Assembly (NCBI RefSeq): GCF_030684315.1
Contig: NC_081372.1
Span: 21,419,869 to 21,483,868, forward strand
Length of the DNA stretch: 64,000 nt
Direction of reading: 5' to 3'
Source of the DNA: Stegostoma tigrinum
Lineage: Eukaryota
Below the pieces are notes generated by a model that ran no database searches, was not told the origin of the DNA, and saw only the letters and a program-made list of their open reading frames with translations. This document shows, one piece after another, positions 26,114 to 38,085 of the stretch. Positions within the stretch are counted from its first letter, which is position 1; every line of letters begins with the position of its first letter. The position numbers and the translations under genes are program-made.

Positions 26114-26808
26114 GGGAGGCAATGGCATAGTGGTATTATCACTGGACTGTTAATCCAAATACCCAGATATGTTCTTGGCACCCAGGTTCAAATCCCACCA
26201 CAGCAGACGGTGGAATTTGAATTCAATGAACCATATGGCAATAAGAATCTGGTGATGACCGTGAATCCATTGTCGGTTGTCAGGAAAAACCCATCTGGTT
26301 CACTAATATCCTTCAGGGAAGGGAAACTGCTACACCAGGAGCAACACGGTGGCTCGGTGGTTAGCACTGCTGCCTCACAGCGCCAGGGACCCGGGTTCAA
26401 TTCCACCCTTGGGTGACTACCTGCGTGGAGTTTGCACATTCTCCCTGTGTCTGCGTGGGTTTCCTCTGGGTACTCCAGTTACCTCCCACAGTCCAAAGAT
26501 GAGCAGGTTAGGTGGATTGGCTAAGCTAAATTGCCCACAGTGTTCGGGGATGTGTAGATTAAGTGGGTAAAAGGAGGATGGATCTGGGTGGGATGCACCA
26601 AGGGTTGGTGTGGACTTGTTGGGCCAAAGGGCCTGTTTCCACACTGTAGGGGCTCTAATTCAAGATCCTTACCTGATCTGGCCTACCTGTGACTCCAGAC
26701 TCACAGCAATATGGTTGACTCTGAACTGCTGGGGAATTAGGGATGGGCAATGAATGCTACCTAGCCAGCAACTGCCTCATCCCAAGAATGAATAAAGGGA
26801 AAAAAATT
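26114..26808 (+). mobile_element. tRNA-headed SINE (SINE-B) sharing body and tail with the family-B LINE; interrupted by HE1
   Basis: A-box-like tggcatagtgg and B-box ggttcaaatccc. Body 26668-26728 matches the reverse complement of 24085-24150; tail tagggatgggcaatgaatgct...catcccaagaatgaataaa matches the LINE tail. Confidence 0.8.
26338..26661 (+). mobile_element. HE1-type V-SINE
   Basis: tRNA head ggtggctcggtggttagc...ggttcaattcc; V-domain gtggagtttgcacattctccctgtgtctgcgtgggtttcctc; CR1-like tail gggccaaagggcctgtttccacactgtagg. Confidence 0.9.
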
Positions 26809-28499
26809 AAGAAAGATTGGGTCAACTGGGCCCAGTATTAACTGCAGTTGAGAATAATGTGTGGGATCTCATTAAGACATTTACAATTCCAACAGGAATG
26901 GACAGATGGGATGCACAAATGATGTTTCTCCTGGTTAGAGACTCCAGAACATAAGGTCACAGTCTCAGGATAGGATGGAGGCCATTTCTTCACTCAGATG
27001 CAGGTGAACCTGTGGAATTTTCTTCCCACTGAAGACTGCAGAGCCAACTCACTGAATATATTTAAGAAATAAATAGGTTACCAGTGATTAAAGGCATGGG
27101 GAGAGCTGAGGAGTCTGGTATTGAGATATAGAGGATATAGATGCTCTGCCATGATCATATTGCATGGCTGATGAGGCTCAATGGGCCAAATGGCCTGTCC
27201 ATGCTCCTGTTCTCTCTATTTCTAAACAAGACAGAATGGGAGGAGTGGGCACAATATGGGATGGGGCAGTACATTTTCATAAAATAATTTCAAGACCTTC
27301 TGGAATCAGGCATCATGAGTATACTGTAAAAACCACCTGTTTGATAATAGTTTTCGGCAGAATTCATTTCAAAGAGTATTGCATCGCATGAATATTTGCC
27401 AATCTATCTGCTGTTAACACGCCAAGATGAATGAAGTAATATGTGTGCATTACAGCATGAGTCAGGACCATCTGTTCAAAAAAAACAAAGTGTCATTTCA
27501 CCTCAGTCGATTTCTCAGGAACTATTTATTTTCTTATTTTTAAAGCTTCCAATGTTAGCATTGCAGATTTTCTGTGTTCTCACTGGTCCCAATAGACAGT
27601 CCTGCCAGAGATCACAACTGCTCTGATGACAACTTCCATTCAGGCAGCCATTCAATTTTACCATTGGATGCTGATCTGGTAATGTTTAACTAATGAATTT
27701 CTCTTGCCACTTCAAAGTGTGCTGAGAAGAGAAGTGAATTCATAACGTTTCGGTACACGCGTATGATGATGGGCAACAGTAATTTCATTCCCTCATTCTG
27801 AACCTTGCCCTGTCAGCAGCTTACTTCTACACTATGAAAGCAATGCTGCTCTCCTGTCTAAACATTCTCTCATTTTCAAGCAAGCCAACTCAGATCCATT
27901 TGCAGTGGAGATTAGGTCCAAATTGGCAGTCTGAACGATTACTTTTTTTTATGGAGTCTGGCAATTCCATTATTTCTCCATCAGAATTGTCCCCAGACAT
28001 TCCCAAGTAACATTTCCAGCTGTTGAGAACAGACAATGAAAAGTCAAAATTTTGTCAATATTTACTATTCTTCATGAAATCAAACAGAAAGCATAATATT
28101 AGAAAAATTCAAAGTGATAGTTCCAAGAATTTTGAATTCGTATCTCTAATCTTTTCCCTACTTCCTTCCAGTATTCACCATTGACCTCTTCTGCCAAGGC
28201 AATAAGATCATCTATTCCATAGACATCTCCGTAAATACTTAAATATGTAAAGTACAGAATAAGTATTACACTTCGACTTTCAGAATTCCCCATTATAAAA
28301 GTGTCAATTTTATTAGGAAACATGTCACTTTCACAGTAGCCCCTGTTGTTTTACCTGAGTTGCTTGAGACCAACGAAAATACCCTCAAACTGCAAACATG
28401 ACTCAAGCAGTAATTGGGACAGAATCTTATCAGGGCCAGAGTGATGTGGATCTCTAAGTTCACATCTGATTTGCCCCAGGATTTGTTCCAGTTGTGTCA

Positions 28500-29355
28500 A
28501 CTTCTCATATCGTCTCCTTAAGATTTCAAAATCTATCTACCTCTTTTCTTAAATACTTTCAGTGATCTAGCCTTATTATTACTCCGAGATTCAGACTTCC
28601 ACACAAACATGACTCTATGCGAGAAAAATAATTGTTTCACATCTCAGTCTTAAATTATTCTGTAATATATCTCCTTGTTCAAGATTCCCCCACTTGTAGA
28701 AACATCTTCGCAATATCTCAGCTGTCAGAATCACACAGAATCTCGTATGTTCCAATAAGATCACCCCTCATTCTTCTAAACAGAAATGAATGCACACCTG
28801 GACTGGTTGGTCTTTCTTGGTAAGTCAATCACTTCATTCCAGGAATCGGGCTAGTGAATCTCTTTTGGACTGTCTCCAATGTTAAATAAGGGGTCAAGAT
28901 ACAGTTCCACCAACACCCTTGACAGCTGTAACAAGGCTGTCCTATTTTTAAACCATCCAGCAATAAAGGGTAAAATTCCTTTTGCTTCTTAATTACTTGA
29001 AACTTTTGTATGTACAAGAACAACCAAATCTTTCTGTGCTGCACCTTTTTAGAATCCATTTAAATATCAGTCTACTTTTTGATTTTAGCGCATGACCATC
29101 GACTTCCCTACATTAAACAACATTCGCCACATTTTTGCCCATTTACTGAACCCATTTGCATCCACTTGCAAATTGCTTATGTCCCCTTTCACAACATGCA
29201 CACCTATCTATTTTTGTGTCATTAACAAATTTGGATAAATTACTCTGCTCCACCCTCCAAGTCGTTAACAAAGACAGTTAATAATTGAGACTCTAGCTCT
29301 GAGCTTTGTGAGACTCCACGAGTTATGTCTTTCCAATCTGAAAAAAACCCATGAA
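28500..29355 (-). mobile_element. Degenerate CR1 fragment
   Basis: Minus ORF 28829-29059 ends LETVQKRFTSPIPGMK; ataagatcacccctcattcttctaaa (RMRGDLI on the minus strand). Confidence 0.75.
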
Positions 29356-29364
29356 TCTTGGCAA

Positions 29365-29525
29365 AAAAAAACCCGAAGAACTGCCGATGCTGGAAATCAA
29401 AAACAAAAACAGAAATTGTGGGAATATCTCAGCAAATATTTGTGGCAGCATTTGTGGAGAGAAAGCAGAATTAATATTTCGGGTCCAGAGACCCTTGTTC
29501 AAAAGGAAGAAAGTTCTGGAATCGA
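29365..29525 (-). repeat. Short Penelope-terminus-like repeat
   Basis: Minus strand TTGAACA-agggtctctggaccc-GAAA-TATT-AATT; stem II intact, core mutated. Confidence 0.7.
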
Positions 29526-29627
29526 CACAATAGGAAGTATACGATTGCATTAGCAAGGTTGCAGAGATTTACGAGGATGTGCCTGGGCCGGGGAGTTTCA
29601 GACATGAAGAGAAATTAGATAGACTGG

Positions 29628-29817
29628 GATAACACAGTGTGAGCTGGAGGAACACAGCAGGCCAGGCAGCATCAAAGGAGCAGCAAAGTTGATGTTTCAG
29701 GTCACGACCGTTCTTCTGAAATGGGGCCGAAATGGCAACCGAAACATTAACTCTTTTTTCCTTCACAGACGCTGCCAGACCTGCTGAGCTTTTCCAGCAA
29801 TTCTGTTTTCATTCAGA
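29628..29817. repeat. Back-to-back pair of two Penelope-terminus subtypes inserted in a CR1 scrap
   Basis: 29628-29715 is the reverse complement of the 12900-12990 type; 29735-29817 is the + strand of the 11283 type (ccgaaacattaactc). Confidence 0.65.
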
Positions 29818-30831
29818 ATATTTAGATGTTTGTTTTTAACTGGTGCAGATTCAATGGGCTGAAGGGCCTTTCCCTGTGCTGAAGACCACAACATAATCAC
29901 TCTATAATGTGGAGCCTTTCCCAACCTCAGGACATCCAAAAATGCTTTACAGATGATGAAGTATGTTCTTTTAAAGACTAGTCACTGTTTTAATGTCAGT
30001 GCAGTAATAGTAATAGAACTGTTCCCAATACTTGGGTACATGTACAACATTAATGTCAATGTGTACTACCTTGTGCTCGAGCTGAAAACAAACAAATCCT
30101 ACCAGCACAGTGATATGGCAATTTTCCTGTCAACACAAGGTTGAAAGTTTTATCCCCAGAACATCATTAATTGATTTCTGAAAATCCACATAAATTGTAT
30201 TTTTCAAAGAGCTTCCATCCCAAGCAGTTCCTGTCTGTTAAGAAATCAATCTGTGGAAATCTAAACATGGTTTTCTCTAAAATTAACCTATGTTACCAAT
30301 TATAGCTAATTGGCGATAATAGAGAGGACTGTTGAAATGGTCTGTCTCAAATGAGACAGGTTCCATTGAAGGTGGGAAAAACTTTGTTACATTAAAGCCG
30401 AAATTGTGAAACTGAAAATGGTTGAGGTATTTATTTTCCTCTTATTTGTCCTTGGTGGTCTAATCTAAAAAGTGTGATCTTGTTATAAAATCAGGTTTCT
30501 TCCTGAGTTTGTTAAAAGTCAAACGGAGGGAACATACAGAATTGACCTGTTTAGTAGCTAGGAATTCCCAGTTAAGACTGCCCGTCTAAAATCCAGCAGA
30601 TGTGTTAGTTTGATTCTTAAACAACTTTGCTTCTTTATTCTAATATTTTTCTTTCTCAGTTTCCTGGTTTATAACAAAAATAACAGTGCCTCATCTGTTC
30701 TAAAATGTACACAGTCAGGCTGTTAATATACAAGTATCTGCTAAGCAGCCTCTCTCTGTCAAATTGTCAGGATTTGGCCTTTTCACTGCCTCACTCTGAG
30801 TTTGATTCCCAATCAGGGAATAATTCTTTAA

Positions 30832-31050
30832 CTAAGTGCAGAGGTAGCGGCCCTAACACTGGGTCAGAACGTCTAGGTTCAAGTTTCAAAAACCCTGGAG
30901 GTGTGTCATAATATATTCAAAAAAAATTCTCGAATGGGATTTTGTTGTGCAGTGGTAATGTCCATACCTCTGTGCTAGGATGTTTGGTTTCAAGTCATAA
31001 CTGCCAGGGTGGTGTGTCATAACAAATTCAAAACACTGATTGAAAATTAC
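30832..31050 (+). mobile_element. Two tandem short tRNA-derived SINE relics
   Basis: Two related units: gtgcagaggtagc...ggttcaagt...ggtgtgtcataa and gtgcagtggtaat...gtttcaagt...ggtgtgtcataa (A- and B-box-like). Confidence 0.6.
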
Positions 31051-32981
31051 TCATAAGTACCTATTGTTACAAAAATGCTTTATAGTTTTGCAGTGTTAAG
31101 CACATAGACTAACACAATACAATACTGTGCCTTCTGAACTTTCTTTAAAGTTCAGTATCATGCTTCATAAAAATAATATCTCAATGTAATGTTCATCATA
31201 TATTACTAATCAAGAAATCCCAGGAGGTTAATTTTCTGAAATCATGATGAATACGATTTAATCTGTGTTTCGCATGAGCTTCATTTATTGTATCATTACT
31301 GATGTAATGAACCTGCGATAGATTTACTGTTTAATTTATAACTTAGGTCCACAAGATTCATTCAAAGAATTCTTGTACAGCTTCCAAAATTATGACAAAA
31401 TGACAGACTTTCAGTTTATTTAAATACTATTATCAATAATCCTTCTCTGTTATTTTTCATTTGAAAAGGAGGTGATCTAATTAATATGAGTGCCATGCCA
31501 TAATTGCTTCACCTTACAGGTGACAGATGAATTCCTGATGTTTAAAATAGTGAACTGACAGTAACTTAAAAGCTTACGTCCATTGTTGGCAGTTTCTATT
31601 CTAACTGATGGTTTATTTTTTATTTTCATTTGTAGTTTTGTTCCCAACTGTCCCTAAAGTGTTGACTCTGTCTATACACAATTGGTCCCCTCAATATTTT
31701 GTGTCTATGTCATCGGACATCAGACTGTGATTCAGAAATTCTACTCACAACCTAAACACCAATTTGGCTAGAGTCTTGTATACTAGTAATGCAAATACCT
31801 CATGGTATTACAGCAACAAAATTTTAATCTCTACTCATGGTGTTCTTTCCAGAAAATATGAGTGAGCATAAAATCAGCATTTTATCCTTCTTGCTGTTCA
31901 CCAAGCATCAGCTGATGCTCACATTAATTCAGGAGTGTCTCCCCAGTATTAACCCAATGCTGAAAATAAATGTAGCTTTGGACTTTGATTGTTCAAAATA
32001 TAATTTTTCCAAAATCTAAGGCTGAATACTGAGGTCACATGTTCATTGACATTATGGCATACTTGCATGAAGACCTTTAATGAAAGATGCGAACCCCTGC
32101 ACCATTCTGTCACATGAAATACACAAAATAGAGATTCTTGACTCTAAACAGATATTCAAAGTCATATTTTCATTACTATTAATCCGTGGCGGTTACTGTA
32201 GGTGGCCTGTGATTATTATATTCCACCATGGGGCTCAATCCCCATTCCAGCTGAAGTAGATTCAGACATGCCCCCTCTTCCTACCAGTGGAGGAAATTAA
32301 GGTACTGTACATGGGTTAGACTTACCTTCAACAACAAAAAGAAATACTTCACCAGAAATAATTTATATCTTGAACGCTTTGATGTTTGAAGTATTTGCAT
32401 TGCAACTATCGAAAGGCACAAATGGTTACAAAAATATTGTCAATTTCTGCACAATGATAGTCACCCACACAAATAACTTAGAACACAATAAGGACAAGAA
32501 AATAAAAAATTCTAAATAGCCAAAAGTCAAAAGTTCTACATAGAATGATGAATAAACTTTTAACTAACAATTTAAAAGACCTTTTGAAGACTTTTGCTTT
32601 TTTGGGGACGATAACTAAAATGGAAGTGGAATTATTACAACTGCAATGTCAGGAAAATCAAGTGCAGCCTATTGTTGAGCTATTACTCTTTAAAGCTGTA
32701 AGAGGGAGAATTTGGGACTGAGCAGCACTGAAAAGCTTTCAAGTTAGGGAAATCCCTGCTGATAACAGCCCTCCTATCAGTTGAGTTGCAAAGTGCTAAA
32801 GCACTTTAAGTAAAGGTTGCTGAAGAAAAGCATCCCTCACTTCCTCTCTCTCCATGTGGAGAAAGACAGATAAAACAAGAAAGATTGCTAGAAAGAATTC
32901 TAAAATAAGAGAAGTCCAGGTCTACATGAGCAAATTTCAAAGCAAAGATTGACCAACAGCCTCCTGACAACACAATCTCAC

Positions 32982-33060
32982 CATTGCGGTAAAATACTGA
33001 GGCATGATTATCAGCACACTCTTTCCAGTTAAGTTGTGATAGTAGAGTTAAGTCATGTTT
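32982..33060 (-). CDS. Candidate exon of the putative minus-strand gene (KHDLTLLSQLNWKECADNHASVFYRN)
   Basis: Acceptor ttttcacattttgtcag; donor AATG|gtgaga; 79 nt, phase 0 to 1. Confidence 0.45.
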
Positions 33061-33319
33061 CTGACAAAATGTGAAAACAATACCTACATATTCTTCTTTC
33101 CGCTGGCATTGATACAAATACATTGACGTGAAAGATTAGCAGCAATGCACTGCTCTCATTACTTAACCAAAGGCAATATGCCTAAGACTAGAGGTATACT
33201 GTTAACCTGTAAAATTCAAATCAATGCAAGACTCACATGTAGTCAAAGTAATTTCAGCTCATTTTTACACTCCTGTTCAGGATTTAAGAAAACACTTGTC
33301 TTTGATAAGCATGTCATTA

Positions 33320-33960
33320 GATCATAAGAAGTAGGTGTAAACATAGACCATTTATTCTTAGGAGCCTGCTGTGCCATTCAATAATCTGATAATGGCTTTA
33401 TCTCCACAATCCTTGACTCCTTTGTTGATTAAAAATTTTTCTTGAATAACATAATGAATGATCTGGCCTTTGCTGCTCTCAGAGAAGAGAATTCGAAAAT
33501 TGAGAAACTCTGAGTTTAAACTGCTCCCCATCTTCATCTCAAATCGAGACTTTACATTTTTGAAGACTGCCCCATAATTCTGAATTCCCTTACAAATAGA
33601 AGCAGCTTCCTAGTATCCATTCTGAGAAGCTCCCTCAGAAGCTTATATATTTCAAATGGGATCACTTGTTTTCTACTGTATAGCCTTTCCTCTTAAGGCA
33701 ATCTCTTCATTCAGAAATCAGCCAAGTGAACCTTCTCTGAACCGCGTCCAATGCAATCCCTCTTTAAGAAAGGAGACCAAAACTCTACGCGACACTCCAG
33801 ATGTGGTCACATTAAGGTCTTGAGCAGCTATAGCAATACTCTACTTTTATACTCCATTCCATTTAAAGCTAATCTTTCTCTCATCTCTTCAAGCTTTTTT
33901 TTCAACTGACCCTTCCCATAATCTTTTTTGACATTTAGCACAACCACCAAACACAGACAT
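33320..33960 (-). mobile_element. Degenerate CR1 3' fragment
   Basis: ggagaccaaaactctacgcgacactccagatgtggtcac (reverse of RPHLECRVEFWSP); tail atcataagaagtagg. Confidence 0.7.
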
Positions 33961-34263
33961 ATCCATATCATTTTATTCTGTTCTTCCCTCTGACTTAAAG
34001 AAATGGAGGGACATAAAGGGTAAAAAAAAATCACTCTTTATAGTCCCTTGCTTCACCAGGCATAAATGAAGATATATCATATAGTCTCCTACTCTAACAC
34101 ATTTAATTCTGTATTTTTCATATATTTATGGCTGCATTTTAGCCGTTTCTTTTGTTTTACAATATTTCTGACTGAGATATATTTGGTTGCTATCACTGCT
34201 ATTGTCCATGTGGCCATTTAATTCCTTTCTTTTTCAAGTAGAGAAAGAAGACAATGAAAGAAG

Positions 34264-34800
34264 GTGTTAAAGGCAGGATCAGTTGTACCAGAGGAGAAGT
34301 ATTGCATCCATCCCTCCCAATGCAGCTATGTCTACATAAGGAGTGACACCTATTGGAGAAGGTCTGAGGAAAATGGCCTCATCAGTGAATTGTGCCATCT
34401 GCTGGAATTTGCATCACAGACAAGTTTCACCACAGGGATGGAATCGATCATGAATCAAGGTCAACAAAGCATTGAGTGGTTGGCCTCAGGCTCATTCTGA
34501 ACTGTGACAGGGGCCAGGGGTCACATCAATTAATCAACGAAGAAGATACAAGCAAATCTCTGACAAACATCCTCATCATTTTTCCATGGCAAAACAGCAA
34601 CAAATTCTGAGGGCTACTGCTATTTTTTGGAATTCTGCAAAGCTCAGGGCAATATTATTGGTACCCCTGTGGACATCTATACAAAAATAAACAAAAATGT
34701 CTTCAATAGCTTTGCAGTCCATCAATGTACACAGCAGTCACAGTTCTTCAATCCTAAGTTGATTGCCTGTGACTGAGTTATTTGAAGAAAAAGCCATCCT
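34264..34800 (+). mobile_element. Relic of a PIF/Harbinger (HARBI1-like) transposase
   Basis: ISELCHLLE and LASGSF in ORF 34264-34500, and FCKAQGNIIGTPVDI from 34633, follow the order of recalled Harbinger motifs (..YASGSFQ.. then FPxVQGAIDGTHV). Heavily decayed. Confidence 0.5.
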
Positions 34801-34857
34801 GGAACGATGGTTCTTTTAGGAAACAGAGGCCACCATCTTTGACTCTCCTTAAAAAAA

Positions 34858-35420
34858 CCAACAGCAATTTACATTAGTCGAGCACCTTTAATGAAATCGA
34901 ACATCCCAAGTTGCTGCACAAGTGCATTAAAGTAAGACATGTAACCACTTAAGAAGATGTTGTCAGATGATCAAAAGCTTAGTGAAGAGGTAAGTTTTCA
35001 GGAGTGCTTTAAAAGGAGAAAGCAGTGTGTAGAGGTGGAAAAATTTAGGGAGGATATGCCAGAGCTTGGAGCATAGGCAACTGAAGAAGTGGTAACCAAT
35101 GGTCAAGCAATTATATTATCACACAGAACGCACACGAAGCCAGAATTTGGTGAGCACATGTATCTCAGCAAAATATGGGATTGCAGGAAATTACAGAGAC
35201 AGGATGGCCAACAAAGGAATTGAAAACATTCGAATTTTAATCTCAAGGTGTTGCTTGACTCAGAGCAAATATAGATCAGCAAGCACATGGATGTCAGGGA
35301 AATGGGACTTGCTGCAAGTCATGATACAGGCAGCAGAGTTTTAAAGAATCTTAGATGTACAGAGGGTAGAATATGGAAAAGCAGCCATAGATCATTGCAA
35401 TGTTCAAGTACAGCAACTAA
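34858..35420 (-). mobile_element. L2-type LINE 3' relic
   Basis: caacagcaatttacatt...gcacctttaatg...aacatcccaag tail followed by tttagggaggatatgccagagcttggagc; related to 8318-8445. Confidence 0.55.
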
Positions 35421-35644
35421 CCAAAGATAGTACAAGGAGTGTGTCATCAACAGGTTCACTACTCAGCATACAGTTGGCAGCCTTTGCAGCAACTCAGATC
35501 CTTTCATGGATTTGGGCGAGCAAATGTTATAGTCTAATCCCACTGTGCCTCTGTCATTACTGTTGTCACTTGTATGCATCTTAAATTTATCATCGAGAAA
35601 AGCCCAATGAGGAATGTAGGGGAAGATGTCTTGAGTATACTTAC

Positions 35645-35692
35645 AGGTTTCCTCTTGAAGACAGAAGCCTGTTTAGATTTGGCTGCGTGCAA
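35645..35692 (-). CDS. Candidate exon (LHAAKSKQASVFKRKP)
   Basis: Acceptor atactcag; donor CCT|gtaagt; 48 nt, phase 0-0. Confidence 0.42.
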
Positions 35693-35807
35693 CTGAGTAT
35701 ACATTTAACATATTTAGCTTTGGTGTAAAAGTTAAAGTATGAATGAGATTTAAACACATCTTATGCTGACTTCCCATCAGAAACAATAATTTACACTGTC
35801 CTATCAC

Positions 35808-35845
35808 CTGCAACAATATGTAAACATTGGCAAGAGCAGGATTGT
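35808..35845 (-). CDS. Candidate exon (D/NPALANVYILLQ)
   Basis: Acceptor tttttatttaccacag; donor CAG|gtgata; 38 nt, phase 1 to 0. Confidence 0.45.
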
Positions 35846-36264
35846 CTGTGGTAAATAAAAATATAGACTTAGAATCAAAGACAGCTAGGGAGGCCATTCC
35901 AAAGTGAAAGGTTAAGTCAGTGCTCACTGTCAAAGATGCAAGAGAAGGAATATGGGGGGATATAATGGAGACTATGGATAAAAGAACAAAAATATGGGAA
36001 AGGACACTATCATTGAAATTATCATTGAGGATGCCAAATGTTTTGAAATTGTAAACTGGTGTAGGGAAATAACACAGCAGATTGGCAAAGGCAAGGATGA
36101 TAGGAAATTGGGGCCTAATTTTTCTTGCTGTGAAGAACTAAAGTAGAGAGGCCAGCCTGGAGCGTTTGGAGCATTTGGGCTAACTTTGGTCTCTCTTTTA
36201 TCAAGAGGAATAGTGACCAACTAAGACTAAAGTGTCAAAATTAAGTTCACTTCCAACTTCTCAC

Positions 36265-36320
36265 CTGAGACTTGCTCAATGTCATTATCAAATGAATCTT
36301 GGTATAGGCGGCCAACAAAG
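36265..36320 (-). CDS. Candidate exon (FVGRLYQDSFDNDIEQVS)
   Basis: Acceptor gctgacag; donor CAG|gtgaga; 56 nt, phase 2 to 1, in frame with the next candidate. Confidence 0.45.
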
Positions 36321-36604
36321 CTGTCAGCATCAAGTAAATTGACATCCAATGAGAATGCTTGCATGACATGTGCCAAAGGCAAAAATCAACTTCACGGCTA
36401 GCAATTTTGACCCAACTGTGAAACACTGGTTTTATTCCCTCACTTAATATTCCTCTCCTTTGACATCACTAGAGAGTAAGGCTGACAAGGTACAAGATCA
36501 GAACTACACCTTATCCAATCAGCTTCACAATGGGCAGATTAAGTTACAATTAGCTCCATTGAGCTTTAAAGTACGAATAAAAAATCAGTAGCAGTAGGTA
36601 TGAG

Positions 36605-37530
36605 CTAAACATAAGAAGTAGGAACTGGAGTAGGCCATTTCGACAATCAAGCCTGCCCTGCCATTCTTGGAGATCAGAGTTGATCCGCTCCAGGCCTCAA
36701 CTCCTATTTTGTTCCAGCCTCTCATAGCCCCTCAACTCTTCCATATTGCAAAAATATATCTATTTCCTCCTTAAATACATTCAGTGATCCAGCACAACTC
36801 TTTGGGATACAGAATTCCAGATATTCACCACCATCTGCGAGGAGAAATTCCTTCAGATTTATGTTTTAAATAGCTGTCCCCTTTTTCAGTAAATATATCT
36901 CCTATTACTGGAGACATCTTCTCACCATCTACCCTGTCAAGCTCTGTCAGAGTTTTTTATTGTTTTTATTCTCTTGTGGGACATGGGCATTATTGGCTGG
37001 CCAGCATTTATTACCCTTTCAAGGTGCCCTTGAAAAGATGGTGGTGATTCTTCTAAACTCTAATGAATAAAGCCCTGACATGTTTAACCACTCTTATCTA
37101 ATCAATCTCTCCATCTGAAGAATCAGTCAAGTTAATTTCATTGAAACAAGAATCATATAATCCATAGAGTACAGAAAGAGGCCACTTAGGCCATCGAAAC
37201 CACACCAACCCTTTGACAGCGTCCCATCCAATTTGCTTAACCCTCCACTTCCGATGACTAACCCACCTAGCTTGTACATCCATGGATATGATGGGGAAAT
37301 TTAGCATGGCCAGTCTACCTAATCTTACATGACCTTGGACTGTGGAAGGAAACCAGAGCACCCAGAGGAAAGCAATGCAAACATGGAGAGAATGTGCAAA
37401 CTCCACACAGACAGTCACCCGTGGCTGGAATAGAACCGGGGTCTCCAGCACTGTGAGGCTGCACCACTAACCACTGAGACACCATGCCACCCCATAGATT
37501 CCCTAGGATCTCTTCTGAACTGCCTCCAAA
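36605..37530 (-). mobile_element. CR1 3' relic carrying a family-B tail fragment (about 36955-37047) and an HE1 insertion
   Basis: Tail aacataagaagtaggaactggagtaggccatt; cagaattccagatattcacc; inner piece ggctggccagcatttattaccc matches the family-B tail. Confidence 0.7.
37150..37493 (-). mobile_element. HE1-type V-SINE
   Basis: gagagaatgtgcaaactccacacagacagtcaccc...ctgtgaggc...ctaaccactgag; reverse complement of the 26338 copy. Confidence 0.88.
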
Positions 37531-37624
37531 AGGATAGAGACAGGTGTTGGAGCAAAGCAAAAGTATTTAGGTGTCTGAGTACATTGATAATTAAAACTAG
37601 CACAGAGCAATAAAACATTATTAC

Positions 37625-38085
37625 GAACAAGTGAATGCGATATTGACCTTAATGTCAAAGGGATTGGAATTTTAAAGTGTAGACGGACATGATTCTTGGT
37701 CAGAGCCCATCTAGAAAACTATGCTCAGCTTTTTGCACCAAACCTCAAAAGAACACATCTGTACTGAAGAGGTGAACCAGATCCATGAGGATATCATGAG
37801 TGAAGCAGTTAGCTGATGAGGCAGGTTATTGTAACTTTGGCTGCTATTCCCTTGCGTTTAAAAGCTGAGGGGCAATTTAATCAAATTGTTTAAAATAGTA
37901 ACAAAGCAAATTAATAAAATGTTTCCTCTGGTATAATCTTCAAAATTGATAGGTTTTTTTATCACTAAAGCATCAAGGGATATGGTGCAAAGGTGAGTAA
38001 TTGAAATTGAGGTACAGTTCAGTCATAATCAAGCTGAATGGTGGAACAGGCTCAAGGGACTGAATGGTAAATTCCTCTTCCTATA
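37625..38085 (+). mobile_element. Highly degenerate CR1 3' relic
   Basis: atcaagggatatgg...gctgaatggtggaacaggctcaagggactgaatgg 3' UTR resembling 17930-18030. Confidence 0.6.

Larger units (their letters stand above)
25660..27222 (+). mobile_element. Old CR1 fragment interrupted by a SINE
   Basis: ggtgagaccacacctggagtattgtttgcagttttg (VRPHLEYC) before 26113; resumes at about 26810 and ends with atgggccaaatggcctgtccatgctcctg. Confidence 0.8.

Noticed and set aside
26114-26410. tRNA-like A/B boxes (also near 30832, 37440, 41400, 47850, 59280)
   Set aside because: SINE heads that continue into SINE bodies; no complete cloverleaf seen.
28099-28323. Death-domain-like phrase DDLIALAEEVNGEYWKEVGKRLEI
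   Set aside because: Too short to call a domain; kept only as a candidate exon of the minus-strand model.
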